NCBI GenBank assembly: GCA_965208125.1
Contig: OZ242320.1
Span: 1,760,001 to 1,824,000 of the forward strand
Length of the DNA: 64,000 bases
Origin: Candidatus Latescibacterota bacterium
GTDB lineage: Bacteria > Latescibacterota > UBA2968
Direction: 5' to 3'
In this document: positions 31,244 through 40,703 of the stretch, piece after piece
Layout: every line of letters starts with the position of its first letter
Numbering within the stretch: the first letter of the stretch is position 1
The notes under the pieces: model-generated
What the model was told of the DNA's origin: nothing
What the model saw: only the letters and a program-made list of their open reading frames with translations
The model's database searches: none
Program-made: the position numbers and the translations under genes

Positions 31244-31648
31244 ATGGCCACCTTCCAATTAGACATCGTAACACCCGAAAAAACCGTGTACTCCGGTGAA
31301 ATTGAGCATTTTCAAGCGCCGGGTGTTGACGGCAGCTTTGGCGTACTGGCGCGCCACCAACCCATGCTGGCCGCACTGGGCATTGGTCGGGTCGGCTTCC
31401 GAGAAGCAGACGGCACCGAGCGCACCCTCGCCATCAGCGGCGGCTTCGCCAATGTATCGGGGGATGGCGCAACCATCCTCGCAGAAGCAGCCGAATTTGG
31501 CGATGAGATCGACATAGAACGCGCCCGCGCTGCGCGAGACCGCGCACAAGAGCGATTGGACAATCGCACGCCAGACGTAGATGTAGAACGCGCACAAAAT
31601 GCACTGGCACGGTCGTTTATGCGGCTGCGTGTATCTGGAACCGAGTAA
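31244..31648 (+). CDS. atpC: F1 subunit epsilon
   Basis: IVTPE, GSFGVLARH, ISGGF, IDIERA. Confidence 0.96.
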   Translation: MATFQLDIVTPEKTVYSGEIEHFQAPGVDGSFGVLARHQPMLAALGIGRVGFREADGTERTLAISGGFANVSGDGATILAEAAEFGDEIDIERARAARDRAQERLDNRTPDVDVERAQNALARSFMRLRVSGTE

Positions 31649-31668
31649 TATTTCTATAAATAGGAATG

Positions 31669-31703
31669 AAAAAGCACGCTCTGTTTAGAGCGTGCTTTTT
31701 TTT
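31669..31703 (+). terminator. Intrinsic terminator of the atp operon
   Basis: AAAAAGCACGCTCT-GTTT-AGAGCGTGC followed by T8. Confidence 0.9.
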
Positions 31704-31778
31704 CACAGGATGACTATTTTTTTGTATATAAATCCCAAATCTATACATTCACAGCGATTGAAAGGATAAAAATTAAAC

Positions 31779-32804
31779 ATGCCTGATATTGCGCGACGCG
31801 TACTCGTAACAGGTGCTGCGGGATTCATTGGCTTTCATCTCTCCAAACGACTGCTCGAAATGGGTCATTCGGTAGTCGGATTGGACAACGTGAACGACTA
31901 TTACAGTCCCCAACTCAAAGAAGACCGCCTATCCATCCTGAAGCGAGAAAGCGGATTCAAATTTGTCCGCATGCACCTCGAGGACGAAGCGGGAATAGCA
32001 AACCTCTTCCGCGCAGAGAACTTTTCTCATGTCATCAACCTCGCAGCTCAGGCGGGTATGCCTTACAGCCTGAAAAATCCCCAAGCCTTCGTCAAAAGCA
32101 ATGTCATGGGCTTCCTCAACATCCTGGAAGGATGTCGCCATTGCGGCATCGAACATCTGGTCTATGCATCCTCCAGTTCCGTTTATGGCTTGAACGCCAC
32201 CACGCCTCGTGGCGTCCGTCAAAGCGTCGATCATCCGATCAGCCTTTACGCAGCGACAAAAAAATCAGATGAACTAATGGCGCATGTGTATAGCCATCTA
32301 TACGGCATCCCGACCACAGGATTGCGCTTTTTCTCCGTGTATGGGCCCTGGGGACGTCCAGATTTTGTCGCCTATCTGTGGACCAGAGCCATCCTGGAAA
32401 ATCAACCAATCAAAGTCTATAATCACGGAAAAATACGCCGCAGTTTTACGTACGTCAGCGACATTGTCGAAGGCGTGACCCGCGTTTTGTCAAATCCCGC
32501 AAAGCCAGATCCCGAATGGACGGGACAATGCCCCGATCCGGGATCGAGTTCCAGCCCTTATCGGATCTACAATATCGGCAATCCGAATGTCATAGAACTG
32601 GAGTATTTCCTCTCGCTATTAGAGGACTTGCTGGGCAAAAAAGCCATCCGAAAAGATTTGCCCATGCAGCCCGGAGATGTACAGGATAATGCAGCAGATG
32701 TATCAGACCTGATGCGAGATGTGGGCTACAATCCCACAACGCCCATAGAAACAGGACTTGCAAATTTCGTCGCGTGGTATAAGGACTATCACAACGTAAA
32801 ATAA
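31779..32804 (+). CDS. NAD-dependent epimerase (UDP-glucuronate 4-epimerase type)
   Basis: TGAAGFIG, LAAQAG, ASSSSVYG, YAATK, RFFSVYGPWGRPD. Confidence 0.92.
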   Translation: MPDIARRVLVTGAAGFIGFHLSKRLLEMGHSVVGLDNVNDYYSPQLKEDRLSILKRESGFKFVRMHLEDEAGIANLFRAENFSHVINLAAQAGMPYSLKNPQAFVKSNVMGFLNILEGCRHCGIEHLVYASSSSVYGLNATTPRGVRQSVDHPISLYAATKKSDELMAHVYSHLYGIPTTGLRFFSVYGPWGRPDFVAYLWTRAILENQPIKVYNHGKIRRSFTYVSDIVEGVTRVLSNPAKPDPEWTGQCPDPGSSSSPYRIYNIGNPNVIELEYFLSLLEDLLGKKAIRKDLPMQPGDVQDNAADVSDLMRDVGYNPTTPIETGLANFVAWYKDYHNVK

Positions 32805-32827
32805 AGATGAGATAGGCGTTGAACAGG

Positions 32828-32970
32828 TGCATCCAACTGTATGCACTTGCGCCAGAAACTCGCAGGTGTAGCACAAATCATTCTCAAATTTTATCTCATT
32901 GTTTTTCAAGCACTTGAATAATTTCAAGTGCTTTTTTTTGTGCCAAAACGATTTTTGGCACGAATCTTGC
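32828..32970 (+). promoter_or_regulatory. Sigma54 promoter module, copy 1 (diverged)
   Basis: TGGCAC-GAATC-TTGC at 32956-32970. Palindrome AAGCACTTGAA-TAAT-TTCAAGTGCTT plus T-run. Upstream TGCAT-N8-ATGCA. Confidence 0.8.
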
Positions 32971-33168
32971 ACTAAATAGAATGAGACACTGGAAGTGGTT
33001 TCACGAAACCAGTGCCAAACACAATAAAGAAAGGAGATCCCCACACGTCACGGCGTTTCACAGCACTGCCATATATCCCACCTCAAAGATGAAAGGAGGC
33101 AACGCAACATCACGGGTTTTCATAGTTCTATTGTAGATCACACCTCAAAAATGTATAGGAGAATCGTC

Positions 33169-33498
33169 ATGAAAAAGCGAATCAGGACAAACAAAATGCG
33201 CTCTCACATCCTCATCCCGTTTCTCATGGTTGGAATGGGACTTGGAATTTGGATAAGCTGTTCCACAGACAATATGATCTCCAGCATAGACCAGACCTCA
33301 ACCGACGATGGCGTCTCCGGTCAAAGATCGGTTGGAACAAAGCCTGCTGTTGGGGGTTCAAATTATGCCGACTTTCACCCACAGACGAATGTCAATTACG
33401 ATCCTTTCGACTTTTCTTCCGAGAAAGGAGTCTCCCGTGACTATAAAATCTGTAGTATTCACATTGATTGCCTTCACCTTTTTTGCTTGCGGCGATAG
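33169..33498 (+). CDS. Putative lipoprotein, possibly truncated
   Basis: RBS AGGAG, basic N-terminus, hydrophobic stretch and WISC lipobox-like motif. Overlaps the next gene by 62 bp. Confidence 0.45.
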   Translation: MKKRIRTNKMRSHILIPFLMVGMGLGIWISCSTDNMISSIDQTSTDDGVSGQRSVGTKPAVGGSNYADFHPQTNVNYDPFDFSSEKGVSRDYKICSIHIDCLHLFCLRR

Positions 33499-33901
33499 CC
33501 CAACAAAGCCTCATTCTCCTGTCATTGTGCATACACTTGTGAGCGATTCTTACGACTCTGGCGGCAACATCTCTATCTATGATAGTCGCCTAAAAAAGAT
33601 ACACCACTACATGATCGAACTCGTCATAACACAAAAAGGTGAAGACCCACGAGAGAAAATTGGGCATACAATCGCTGATAGCATTATCCCGAGCCAACAA
33701 TTTTTTCAAGATATGGCTGAAGAATGGATGGACCAAAACGCCCTTGACTTTGTTGTTTCTATCACCGAAGGCTTCATTCGCATTGCCGACCCCAATAGGA
33801 CAATTTTAGCCTATGCAGAGGTTGTCAAAAATGCTTATGATGGTGACAACAAATCCGCTCATCTCGTTATCCATTTTGCTCCTACAGCCGGGGATCTTTA
33901 G
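33437..33901 (+). CDS. Hypothetical lipoprotein
   Basis: AAAGGAG followed by GTG. Signal VVFTLIAFTFFA-CGDSPT. Confidence 0.7.
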   Translation: MTIKSVVFTLIAFTFFACGDSPTKPHSPVIVHTLVSDSYDSGGNISIYDSRLKKIHHYMIELVITQKGEDPREKIGHTIADSIIPSQQFFQDMAEEWMDQNALDFVVSITEGFIRIADPNRTILAYAEVVKNAYDGDNKSAHLVIHFAPTAGDL

Positions 33902-33983
33902 GAGGTGGAGTTACCCCGCTTCGGTGGAGAGTTTAGGGCTTGTCAACCCATCGGCTCGACGACTCCCGGTAATCACGAAAATG

Positions 33984-34018
33984 AAAAAAGCGAGTCCTTT
34001 TAGGCTCGCTCTTTTTTT
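33984..34018 (+). terminator. Intrinsic terminator, paralogous to 44011-44050
   Basis: AGCGAGTC..GGCTCGCT-C-T7. Confidence 0.75.
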
Positions 34019-34299
34019 AAAATATATCGCTCAGGTCTTATCTGGTGGCTTCTCAAACACCTTTAATTCTGCATCCAGATTATAGATAGAGATGATGTTC
34101 CGATTCCGTCAACCTGGTCAACTTGTCGTAGTCTATGGCGGCAACATGATCAATCCTGAACTCCACCAGATCACGACTCAGGTGAAGTATGCCTTTTATT
34201 TTTATTTTTTCTTCCGCAAAATAAGCATATCATGTAATGCCTTACAATTCAAGACAAAATATAGCCATCCTGATGAGACCAGAATCTCGAGGTGGTACG

Positions 34300-35460
34300 A
34301 TGAACACTCAAAGCGAGCATAGAGACCAAACCCTCACAGCACTTGAAGAGGCGGCAAGCCATTACAAAGCGATCCTGGAAACCACCGTTGACGCGATTAT
34401 TACGATTGACAGTCAGGGGATTGTACAAACATTCAATTCTGCTGCCGAGAAGATATTCGGCTATCGCGCTGAGGAAGTGATCGGAAACAATGTCAAGATG
34501 CTGATGCCCGCGCCTTACCGCAGTGAACACGATAGCTATATTGGCAGATATTTAGAGACGGGCGTACCCAAAATTATCGGAACAGGACGTCAAGTGACTG
34601 GCCTGCGTAAAGATGGAACTGAATTTCCAATGGATCTGGCTGTCAGTGAGGTCCCCTTAAAAGACAAGCGATTATTTGCTGGCATTATCCGCGACATGAC
34701 AGAGCGCATACTGTTGGAGGAGCAATTGGTGCAATCAACCAAACTCGCAGCCGTGGGTAGATTGATTAGCGGGATTGCACATGAGGTGAACAACCCCGTG
34801 AGCATTATCAAACTCCATATCACCAGTGTGATGCAAAATATCGAAAGTCAAAAATTGCCAGAGGACCTGATTGAGACGCTGAAGGTCATTCAACGCCAGA
34901 ACAATAAGGTCGGGCAGATCATATCGGGACTACAGGCTTTTTCTCGGCAGGGATCTTTCAGCCCTGACTGGATCAATATCAACCAGACCGTGCATACTGC
35001 CTTGAGACTGGTTGAAAATACGCTGCAAAATCAGGACATTGTGTATCATGCTGAATTGGAAGACAGTTTGCCCAAAGTGTTGTTGGATCCCATACGCATT
35101 GAGCAGGTGTTGTTGAATCTGTTTAACAATGCGATTGAAGCGATGCCCGGTGGCGGTGTTTTGACCGTATCAACGACACTGGAGACAGACCAGACAGATG
35201 AAGATTGGGTGGTGGTCCGGATAAGAGATACAGGCACGGGCATTGAGGAAGAACATCTCAGCCATCTATTTGATCCTTTTTTTACAACCAAAGAAGTGGG
35301 TGAAGGAACCGGCCTGGGTCTTTCGGTCAGTTATGGTTTAATTCAAGAGCACAAAGGCCGAATTGAGGTGAGCAGTCAACCGGGCAAAGGCAGTGAGTTC
35401 CAGATTTATCTTCCCGTAACGGAGGAAGAAACATGGACAAAGAGAAAATCCTCGTCATAG
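34300..35460 (+). CDS. Cytoplasmic PAS histidine kinase with a FixL-like heme PAS domain
   Basis: LMPAPYRSEHDSYIGRY..IIGTGR.VTG.RKDG. H-box IAHEVNNP, N-box, DTGTG, FDPFFTTK, GTGLGL. Confidence 0.9.
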   Translation: MNTQSEHRDQTLTALEEAASHYKAILETTVDAIITIDSQGIVQTFNSAAEKIFGYRAEEVIGNNVKMLMPAPYRSEHDSYIGRYLETGVPKIIGTGRQVTGLRKDGTEFPMDLAVSEVPLKDKRLFAGIIRDMTERILLEEQLVQSTKLAAVGRLISGIAHEVNNPVSIIKLHITSVMQNIESQKLPEDLIETLKVIQRQNNKVGQIISGLQAFSRQGSFSPDWININQTVHTALRLVENTLQNQDIVYHAELEDSLPKVLLDPIRIEQVLLNLFNNAIEAMPGGGVLTVSTTLETDQTDEDWVVVRIRDTGTGIEEEHLSHLFDPFFTTKEVGEGTGLGLSVSYGLIQEHKGRIEVSSQPGKGSEFQIYLPVTEEETWTKRKSSS

Positions 35461-36788
35461 ATGACGAGCAGGATATGTTGCGCGGTTGCCAGAAGTTTCT
35501 GGAGACAGCGGGATACGCGGTTGTCGTAGCAGATTCGGGTAAGGCTGGAATCGCGTTGTTCGAGACTGAAAACCCCGATCTGGTCATAGTGGATTTGAAA
35601 ATGCCCGGAATGGACGGGATGGCTGTACTTGAAAGCATTATGGCACGCGATCAAGAGGCTATTGTGATCGTCTTTACCGGATATGGAACCATTGAGAGTG
35701 CAGTGAAAGCGATCAGAGCAGGCGCGTTCGACTTTGTTCGTAAACCATTTGATCCAGATACATTTTTAATCGTAATAGAACGGGCATTGAAACTGCGGCG
35801 CGTGAGGATAGAGAACAGTGCTCTCAAGCAAATGCTGGATACGCGATTCCGGTTTGAAAACATCATCGGGAACAGTGAAGCGATCACGCAGGTATTTGAT
35901 CTGATGCGGAAAATCAGTGACATAGATGCCAACGTCCTGATCACGGGGGAAAGTGGAACGGGAAAGGAACTGGTTGCCCAGTGTATTCATGCCAATAGCA
36001 AGCGCAGCCATAAGCCGTTTGTGCCGCTCAACTGTGGGGGCCTGCCAGAGCCTCTCATTGAAAGTGAGATATTTGGTCATACAAAGGGGGCATTCACAGA
36101 TGCGAAACAGAATCGCGTCGGGTTAATCGAACACGCGAAGGGCGGGACATTTTTTCTCGATGAAATCGGGGAATTGCCCATGCCCCTTCAGGTGAAATTC
36201 TTGCGGGTTTTGGAAGATCACAAAATTCGCAGGTTGGGAAGCAATCAGGAGATAGAAATCGACATCCGTCTCATCTCGGCGACCAATCAGAATATCGAGG
36301 CATTGATTGAAGCAGGTAAGTTTCGAGAAGATTTATTTTATCGACTTAACACCTTTGAGATTCACCTGCCACCTCTCAGGGAACGGCAGGGAGATATTCA
36401 ACTTCTTGTTCATCACTTTTTGAACGACTTTACCGAGACCTCTGAAAAAGTGGTTCAAGGAATTTCCACCGAGGCGATGGATGTATTGTGCGAATATACC
36501 TGGCCAGGCAATGTGCGAGAACTGATGCATGTGATAGAACGCGCTGTCGCACTGTCAGAAGAAGGTCGTGAAATTACGCCTGATTTGTTCCCAAAGCCTA
36601 TTGGGGGTAGCCTGGGGATAGAGACACAGACTAAAGGCCACTTAAAAGCGAGGGTCGCAGTGTTTGAAAAACAGATGATCCAGGATGTGCTCAAGAAACA
36701 CGCAGGCAATATCACGCAGACGGCTGAAGAATTGGGGCTGACCCGCGATGGTTTAATAAAAAAGATGGCGCGCCTGAAGATGCGTTAG
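35433..36788 (+). CDS. Sigma54-dependent response regulator (NtrC/AtoC family)
   Basis: Receiver DD..DLKMP..K, GESGTGKE, GAFTDA, FLDEIG, WPGNVREL, Fis-type HTH. Confidence 0.95.
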   Translation: MDKEKILVIDDEQDMLRGCQKFLETAGYAVVVADSGKAGIALFETENPDLVIVDLKMPGMDGMAVLESIMARDQEAIVIVFTGYGTIESAVKAIRAGAFDFVRKPFDPDTFLIVIERALKLRRVRIENSALKQMLDTRFRFENIIGNSEAITQVFDLMRKISDIDANVLITGESGTGKELVAQCIHANSKRSHKPFVPLNCGGLPEPLIESEIFGHTKGAFTDAKQNRVGLIEHAKGGTFFLDEIGELPMPLQVKFLRVLEDHKIRRLGSNQEIEIDIRLISATNQNIEALIEAGKFREDLFYRLNTFEIHLPPLRERQGDIQLLVHHFLNDFTETSEKVVQGISTEAMDVLCEYTWPGNVRELMHVIERAVALSEEGREITPDLFPKPIGGSLGIETQTKGHLKARVAVFEKQMIQDVLKKHAGNITQTAEELGLTRDGLIKKMARLKMR

Positions 36789-36802
36789 CAAATTGGACGT
36801 GA

Positions 36803-36987
36803 CCTTGTGAGGTGTATAATTTTTTCGTGGTTTCTTTTCAAATCGTATAAAAAATTATATACTTCGCAGAAAGCAACAACTTATAGCACCTGAAACATAA
36901 AAATTTTATCTTTTTGTTTTTCAAGCACTTGAGCATTTTCAAGTGCTTTTTTTTTGCGTTAGATAATTTATGGTACGCATCTTGCTT
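36803..36987 (+). promoter_or_regulatory. Sigma54 promoter module, copy 2
   Basis: TGGTAC-GCATC-TTGC at 36971-36985. Near-identical to 40284-40467, with a UAS-like CGTATAA-N4-TTATATA and an IHF-like TTTCAAGCACTTG. Confidence 0.85.
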
Positions 36988-37051
36988 CATATTTAGATAC
37001 AACAGTTTCCAATCAGTAAACGCTGTATCCTCAACCAAAGGAGAGTTGAAG

Positions 37052-38032
37052 ATGACTGAGAATAAATGGAAAACCGATGTGTGCAACCCTGTGTATTGTT
37101 CAATCGGCTTGCTTTTCATTCTGTGTCTGTTCTCTGTGCCATTGGCATGGGGGGATTATCAGGATGGTAGGGAGGCATATAACCGAAAGGACTACACAAT
37201 AGCACTGGAGGCATTGCGATCTCTCGCCGAGCAAGGCCATGCTGGCGCGCAGTATGTCATCGGCTATATGTATTACAAAGGTCAAGGCGCGAAGAAAAAT
37301 GGTGCGGAGGCTGTGAAATGGCTCCGCAAGGCTGCCGATCAAGGAAATGTCAAAGCGCAATTACGCCTTGGCATGATGTTTCGCATGGGGTCGGGCGTGT
37401 CGAAAAACTATGCGGAGGCGCAGATGTGGCTTCGCAAAGCGACCGAGCAAGGGGATGGCAAAGCAGGGTACAATCTCGGTTTGATGTATTACAGAGGCGA
37501 AGGGGTGGATAAAGATGAAGAAGAGGGGTTAAAGTGGTTTCGCAAGGCTGCCGAAGCAGGCTATGTCAATGCTCAACTCGCGCTTGGTGGCATGTATTTG
37601 AAAGGCCAGAGTGTTGCCAAAGACAATGCAGAAGCCGTGAAATGGTTTCGCAAGGCCGCTGAGCAAGGCCATGCCATGTCTCAGTTTGCTCTTGCCGACA
37701 TGTATTCCAGAGGTAAGGTCGTTGCAAAAAACTATACAAAAGCCGTGAAGTGGCTTTGCAAGGCCGCCGCAGGTGGAAATGCTCATGCCCAATTCGCCCT
37801 GGGCAGATTCTATGTTACGGGTGTAGCTGAGCTCGGCGTGTCGAAAGATATCGTGGAGGCGCACAAATGGTTGAGCCTATCTGCGGCACAGGACCATGAG
37901 AAGGCACGCGAAAAACGCGATGAGATTGCCCAACTGATGACCCCTGAGCAACTTGCCGAAGCCGAGCGCCGGGCGCACGAATGGAAATGGAAGCAAATTG
38001 AGAAAGTGCAAAGTAGGCAGGCTGGAAGATAG
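37052..38032 (+). CDS. Secreted Sel1-like repeat protein
   Basis: Signal peptide and about 6 AQxxLGxMYxxGxGVxKDxxEAVKWFRKAAEQG repeats. RBS AAAGGAG. Confidence 0.92.
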   Translation: MTENKWKTDVCNPVYCSIGLLFILCLFSVPLAWGDYQDGREAYNRKDYTIALEALRSLAEQGHAGAQYVIGYMYYKGQGAKKNGAEAVKWLRKAADQGNVKAQLRLGMMFRMGSGVSKNYAEAQMWLRKATEQGDGKAGYNLGLMYYRGEGVDKDEEEGLKWFRKAAEAGYVNAQLALGGMYLKGQSVAKDNAEAVKWFRKAAEQGHAMSQFALADMYSRGKVVAKNYTKAVKWLCKAAAGGNAHAQFALGRFYVTGVAELGVSKDIVEAHKWLSLSAAQDHEKAREKRDEIAQLMTPEQLAEAERRAHEWKWKQIEKVQSRQAGR

Positions 38033-38054
38033 GCTGTGGACTTGACCCGTTTCG

Positions 38055-38183
38055 GATGCTGTTGCCGAATTTCGAATCTGTCTCGATGCAACTAAACATA
38101 AGGCTTACAGAGCCTGCATTCAGGCCACAAATAGCCTTTTTTGTAATCGCAGACTCCCTCCCCACCAATTCGGCAACAGCATC
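38055..38183. mobile_element. MITE copy 1 (129 bp, 17-bp terminal inverted repeats)
   Basis: GATGCTGTTGCCGAATT...AATTCGGCAACAGCATC. A second copy is at 40704. Confidence 0.85.
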
Positions 38184-38318
38184 TAAAGCGGGATAACTCC
38201 AGTGGTTGTCGGTTGTAAAAAGCTGTGTGATTTCGGTATCTTGTGAGAGTGATATGGGCAGATCAAGCGGTGTACAAACCTGCGCTCTAATTGGCGTTAA
38301 ATGGGACTGCGATTCAAT

Positions 38319-39107
38319 ATGTTTTTAAATCAAAAAAAACTGGTGAGAATACTGATTATTTTGTATTTGCTACTTGGGGGAATGGATGCTGTAGCAGAAC
38401 AAAAGAAGAAAGAAGATGCAAAAGAAAAAAACAAGGAATGGATTGGAGTCCTGGGAGGTCTGTCGCAATTTTACTTAAAAGATGAATTGGGTTCCTACTT
38501 GCGATTCGGAGGTCAGACGCAATCCATCGCTTTGACTGGACTAACCGAAAAACTCAAAAGCTACCAGTGGGGGTCTGGTGCATTCGGTACTGGCAAACTC
38601 CAGGCGCCTTTTGCAAGTGTTGATCTAATGTATATGCAGATTGAATTTTTTTACGGTCGCTATTTGGCATCCTATTTCGAGAAAAAAATGAGGGTGAGCA
38701 TAATGGGAGGCGGAACAGTGGAAATATATCGCAAAAAGTATGCCTATCCGCGTCTTAGTGAGCAGGTTTCAGATATGATTTTGAGTCTGAATTTTGCGGT
38801 GGCGGGTGACTATCGTCTCAATGCAAGACACCATCTCAAAGCATATATGGGTAGCAATATCGCGTCGTACAATAATATCTATCACGTACCGGGAACCAGT
38901 CTTTTGCTCAGCAAGTACCGTTTCGCATTGTGGAACCGCTTTTTGCACGTCAATATGGGTGTTCAATACGAAAACCAACTGTTATCATCCATGCGGCTTT
39001 ATGTACTTTATCGCATGGATTTTCGACGCTTGCAAAGGCGTGATCGTATGTCCTCAGCGTTCACGCATAATCTGTTGATCGGTTTTGCTTACAAGTACAA
39101 AGGCTAA
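38319..39107 (+). CDS. Hypothetical exported protein, probably an outer-membrane beta-barrel; start uncertain
   Basis: Signal-like N-terminus, alternating aromatic strands and C-terminal IGFAYKY. Closely coupled to the S41 peptidase gene. Confidence 0.6.
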   Translation: MFLNQKKLVRILIILYLLLGGMDAVAEQKKKEDAKEKNKEWIGVLGGLSQFYLKDELGSYLRFGGQTQSIALTGLTEKLKSYQWGSGAFGTGKLQAPFASVDLMYMQIEFFYGRYLASYFEKKMRVSIMGGGTVEIYRKKYAYPRLSEQVSDMILSLNFAVAGDYRLNARHHLKAYMGSNIASYNNIYHVPGTSLLLSKYRFALWNRFLHVNMGVQYENQLLSSMRLYVLYRMDFRRLQRRDRMSSAFTHNLLIGFAYKYKG

Positions 39108-39112
39108 TAGAT

Positions 39113-40183
39113 ATGAAACGGTGCGTACACATACTATGGGTCGTTGTCATCGGTGTTCTTACTTTTTCCTGTGGAAAATCCATCATAGGTGGAGACCAAG
39201 ATCTATCTCCCGAACACAACTTTGAAATTCTGTGGCAGGAATTTAACGATTTTTACGCACTATTTGAGACCAAGAATGTCGATTGGGACGGGATTTACAG
39301 GTTTCTTCGCCCCAATATCACACCTCAATCTACTCCACAGGAACTATTTGAAATCTGTGCTCTCATGTTGGAATATCTCAATGACCGGCATGTCGCTCTC
39401 GTTACGCCATTTAGTGGTTTTTTATCAGGGCGCAGTGATGAGCCTTTAACTTTTGATCCGAGCATAGTCGGAAGAGATACGACAATTGTGCTTGGCGGTA
39501 GAAGAGACGAGTCTTTCGATTTTGACCGCGTCAGAAATTATGTTGGAAATATGCACAGTCAGAGCAGTCTTCAGTATGGTATTATCCAGAATCATATTGG
39601 GTATCTTTTTATTCCTGGATTCTCAGGGTCTGTTAAAGACTGGGAACGCGATATTGACGCTGTATTAGAGCAGTTGAGGAATACGTCTGGCATAATTATT
39701 GATCTGAGACAGAACTCGGGGGGCTTGCGGAAGTTGTCTAAAGTTATAATGTCCCGATTTATTGAGACAACACAGGTATATGGCTATGAAGAATTTCGCA
39801 ATGGCCCCAATCGATCTGATTTTACATCTCCTCGTGAACTGAAAATAGAACCTGCGGGCACACGGCAGTATATCAATCCCATTGTTTTGCTTGTTGGAAG
39901 AAATACCGGGAGTGCGGCTGAAAAAATTGTTTTGGCTCTTAGAGAACGCCCACATGTCACGGTTGTTGGCAGCCCGACCGCAGGTGCGCTTGGAGCCACT
40001 AAGCGAGGCCAATTGCCCAATGGGTGGACTTACCAACTCACGATTTCTAAGTTTGTTTCTGGGGATGGGATAAGCTATGAAGGTATCGGTATTCCACCCG
40101 ATATTGCGGTCAGCTTTTCCGATGCCTCCCCGACGGACGACCCCGTGCTTGAGGCGGGTATTGAGGTTTTGGCAGGAACGTAA
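39113..40183 (+). CDS. S41-family peptidase lipoprotein
   Basis: Lipobox LTFSC, LNDRH, IIIDLRQNSGG, TGSAAE, EGIGIPPD. Confidence 0.9.
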   Translation: MKRCVHILWVVVIGVLTFSCGKSIIGGDQDLSPEHNFEILWQEFNDFYALFETKNVDWDGIYRFLRPNITPQSTPQELFEICALMLEYLNDRHVALVTPFSGFLSGRSDEPLTFDPSIVGRDTTIVLGGRRDESFDFDRVRNYVGNMHSQSSLQYGIIQNHIGYLFIPGFSGSVKDWERDIDAVLEQLRNTSGIIIDLRQNSGGLRKLSKVIMSRFIETTQVYGYEEFRNGPNRSDFTSPRELKIEPAGTRQYINPIVLLVGRNTGSAAEKIVLALRERPHVTVVGSPTAGALGATKRGQLPNGWTYQLTISKFVSGDGISYEGIGIPPDIAVSFSDASPTDDPVLEAGIEVLAGT

Positions 40184-40283
40184 GAGAGGGCATAGATCAT
40201 GTTTATCAGATATCTTGGGCTAATGTCATAGACATTTTGCAATCTTTTACCTCACAACTTGAGTTAAACTATAGTACTGGAGT

Positions 40284-40467
40284 CCTTGTGAGGTGTATAA
40301 TTTTTTCGTAGTTTCTTTTTTAATCGTATAAAAAATTATACACTTCGCAGAAAGCGACAACTTATAGCACTTAAAATATAAAAATTTTATCTTTTTGTTT
40401 TTCAAGCACTTGAGCATTTTCAAGTGCTTTTTTTTATTTTGAAAAATTTATGGCACGCATCTTGCTT
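40284..40467 (+). promoter_or_regulatory. Sigma54 promoter module, copy 3
   Basis: TGGCAC-GCATC-TTGC at 40451-40465. Perfect 14-bp inverted repeat GTGTATAATTTTTT/AAAAAATTATACAC. Same hairpin plus T-run. Confidence 0.85.
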
Positions 40468-40517
40468 TATAGAATGTGCAAGAAAATAACAACAATTAGA
40501 TTTTACTAAGGTGACTT

Positions 40518-40688
40518 ATGAATGTTCAGACACAGATAACAATACGCGATTATTTGGCTCATCTCGCCTTACTCTATGCTATCTGGGGCGATAAAGTTCG
40601 ATCCGAAGCCTTGCGCACGATGATGAGTAGAATAAACAGAGATAGAGCAGCGACCAGTACAATCACAGGCTTGAAAAACAAGCCCTAA
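40518..40688 (+). CDS. Small ORF (56 aa), not in the ORF track
   Basis: TAAGGTGA RBS, then MNVQTQITIRDYLAHLALLYAIWGDKVRSEALRTMMSRINRDRAATSTITGLKNKP*, directly after the sigma54 promoter. Confidence 0.5.
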   Translation: MNVQTQITIRDYLAHLALLYAIWGDKVRSEALRTMMSRINRDRAATSTITGLKNKP

Positions 40689-40703
40689 ACTCTCCGCCAA
40701 AGC

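Noticed and set aside
34082-34192. Minus-strand peptide HLSRDLVEFRIDHVAAIDYDKLTRL, resembling a Crp/Fnr C-terminus
   Set aside because: It is too short and too gapped to support without an HMM search.
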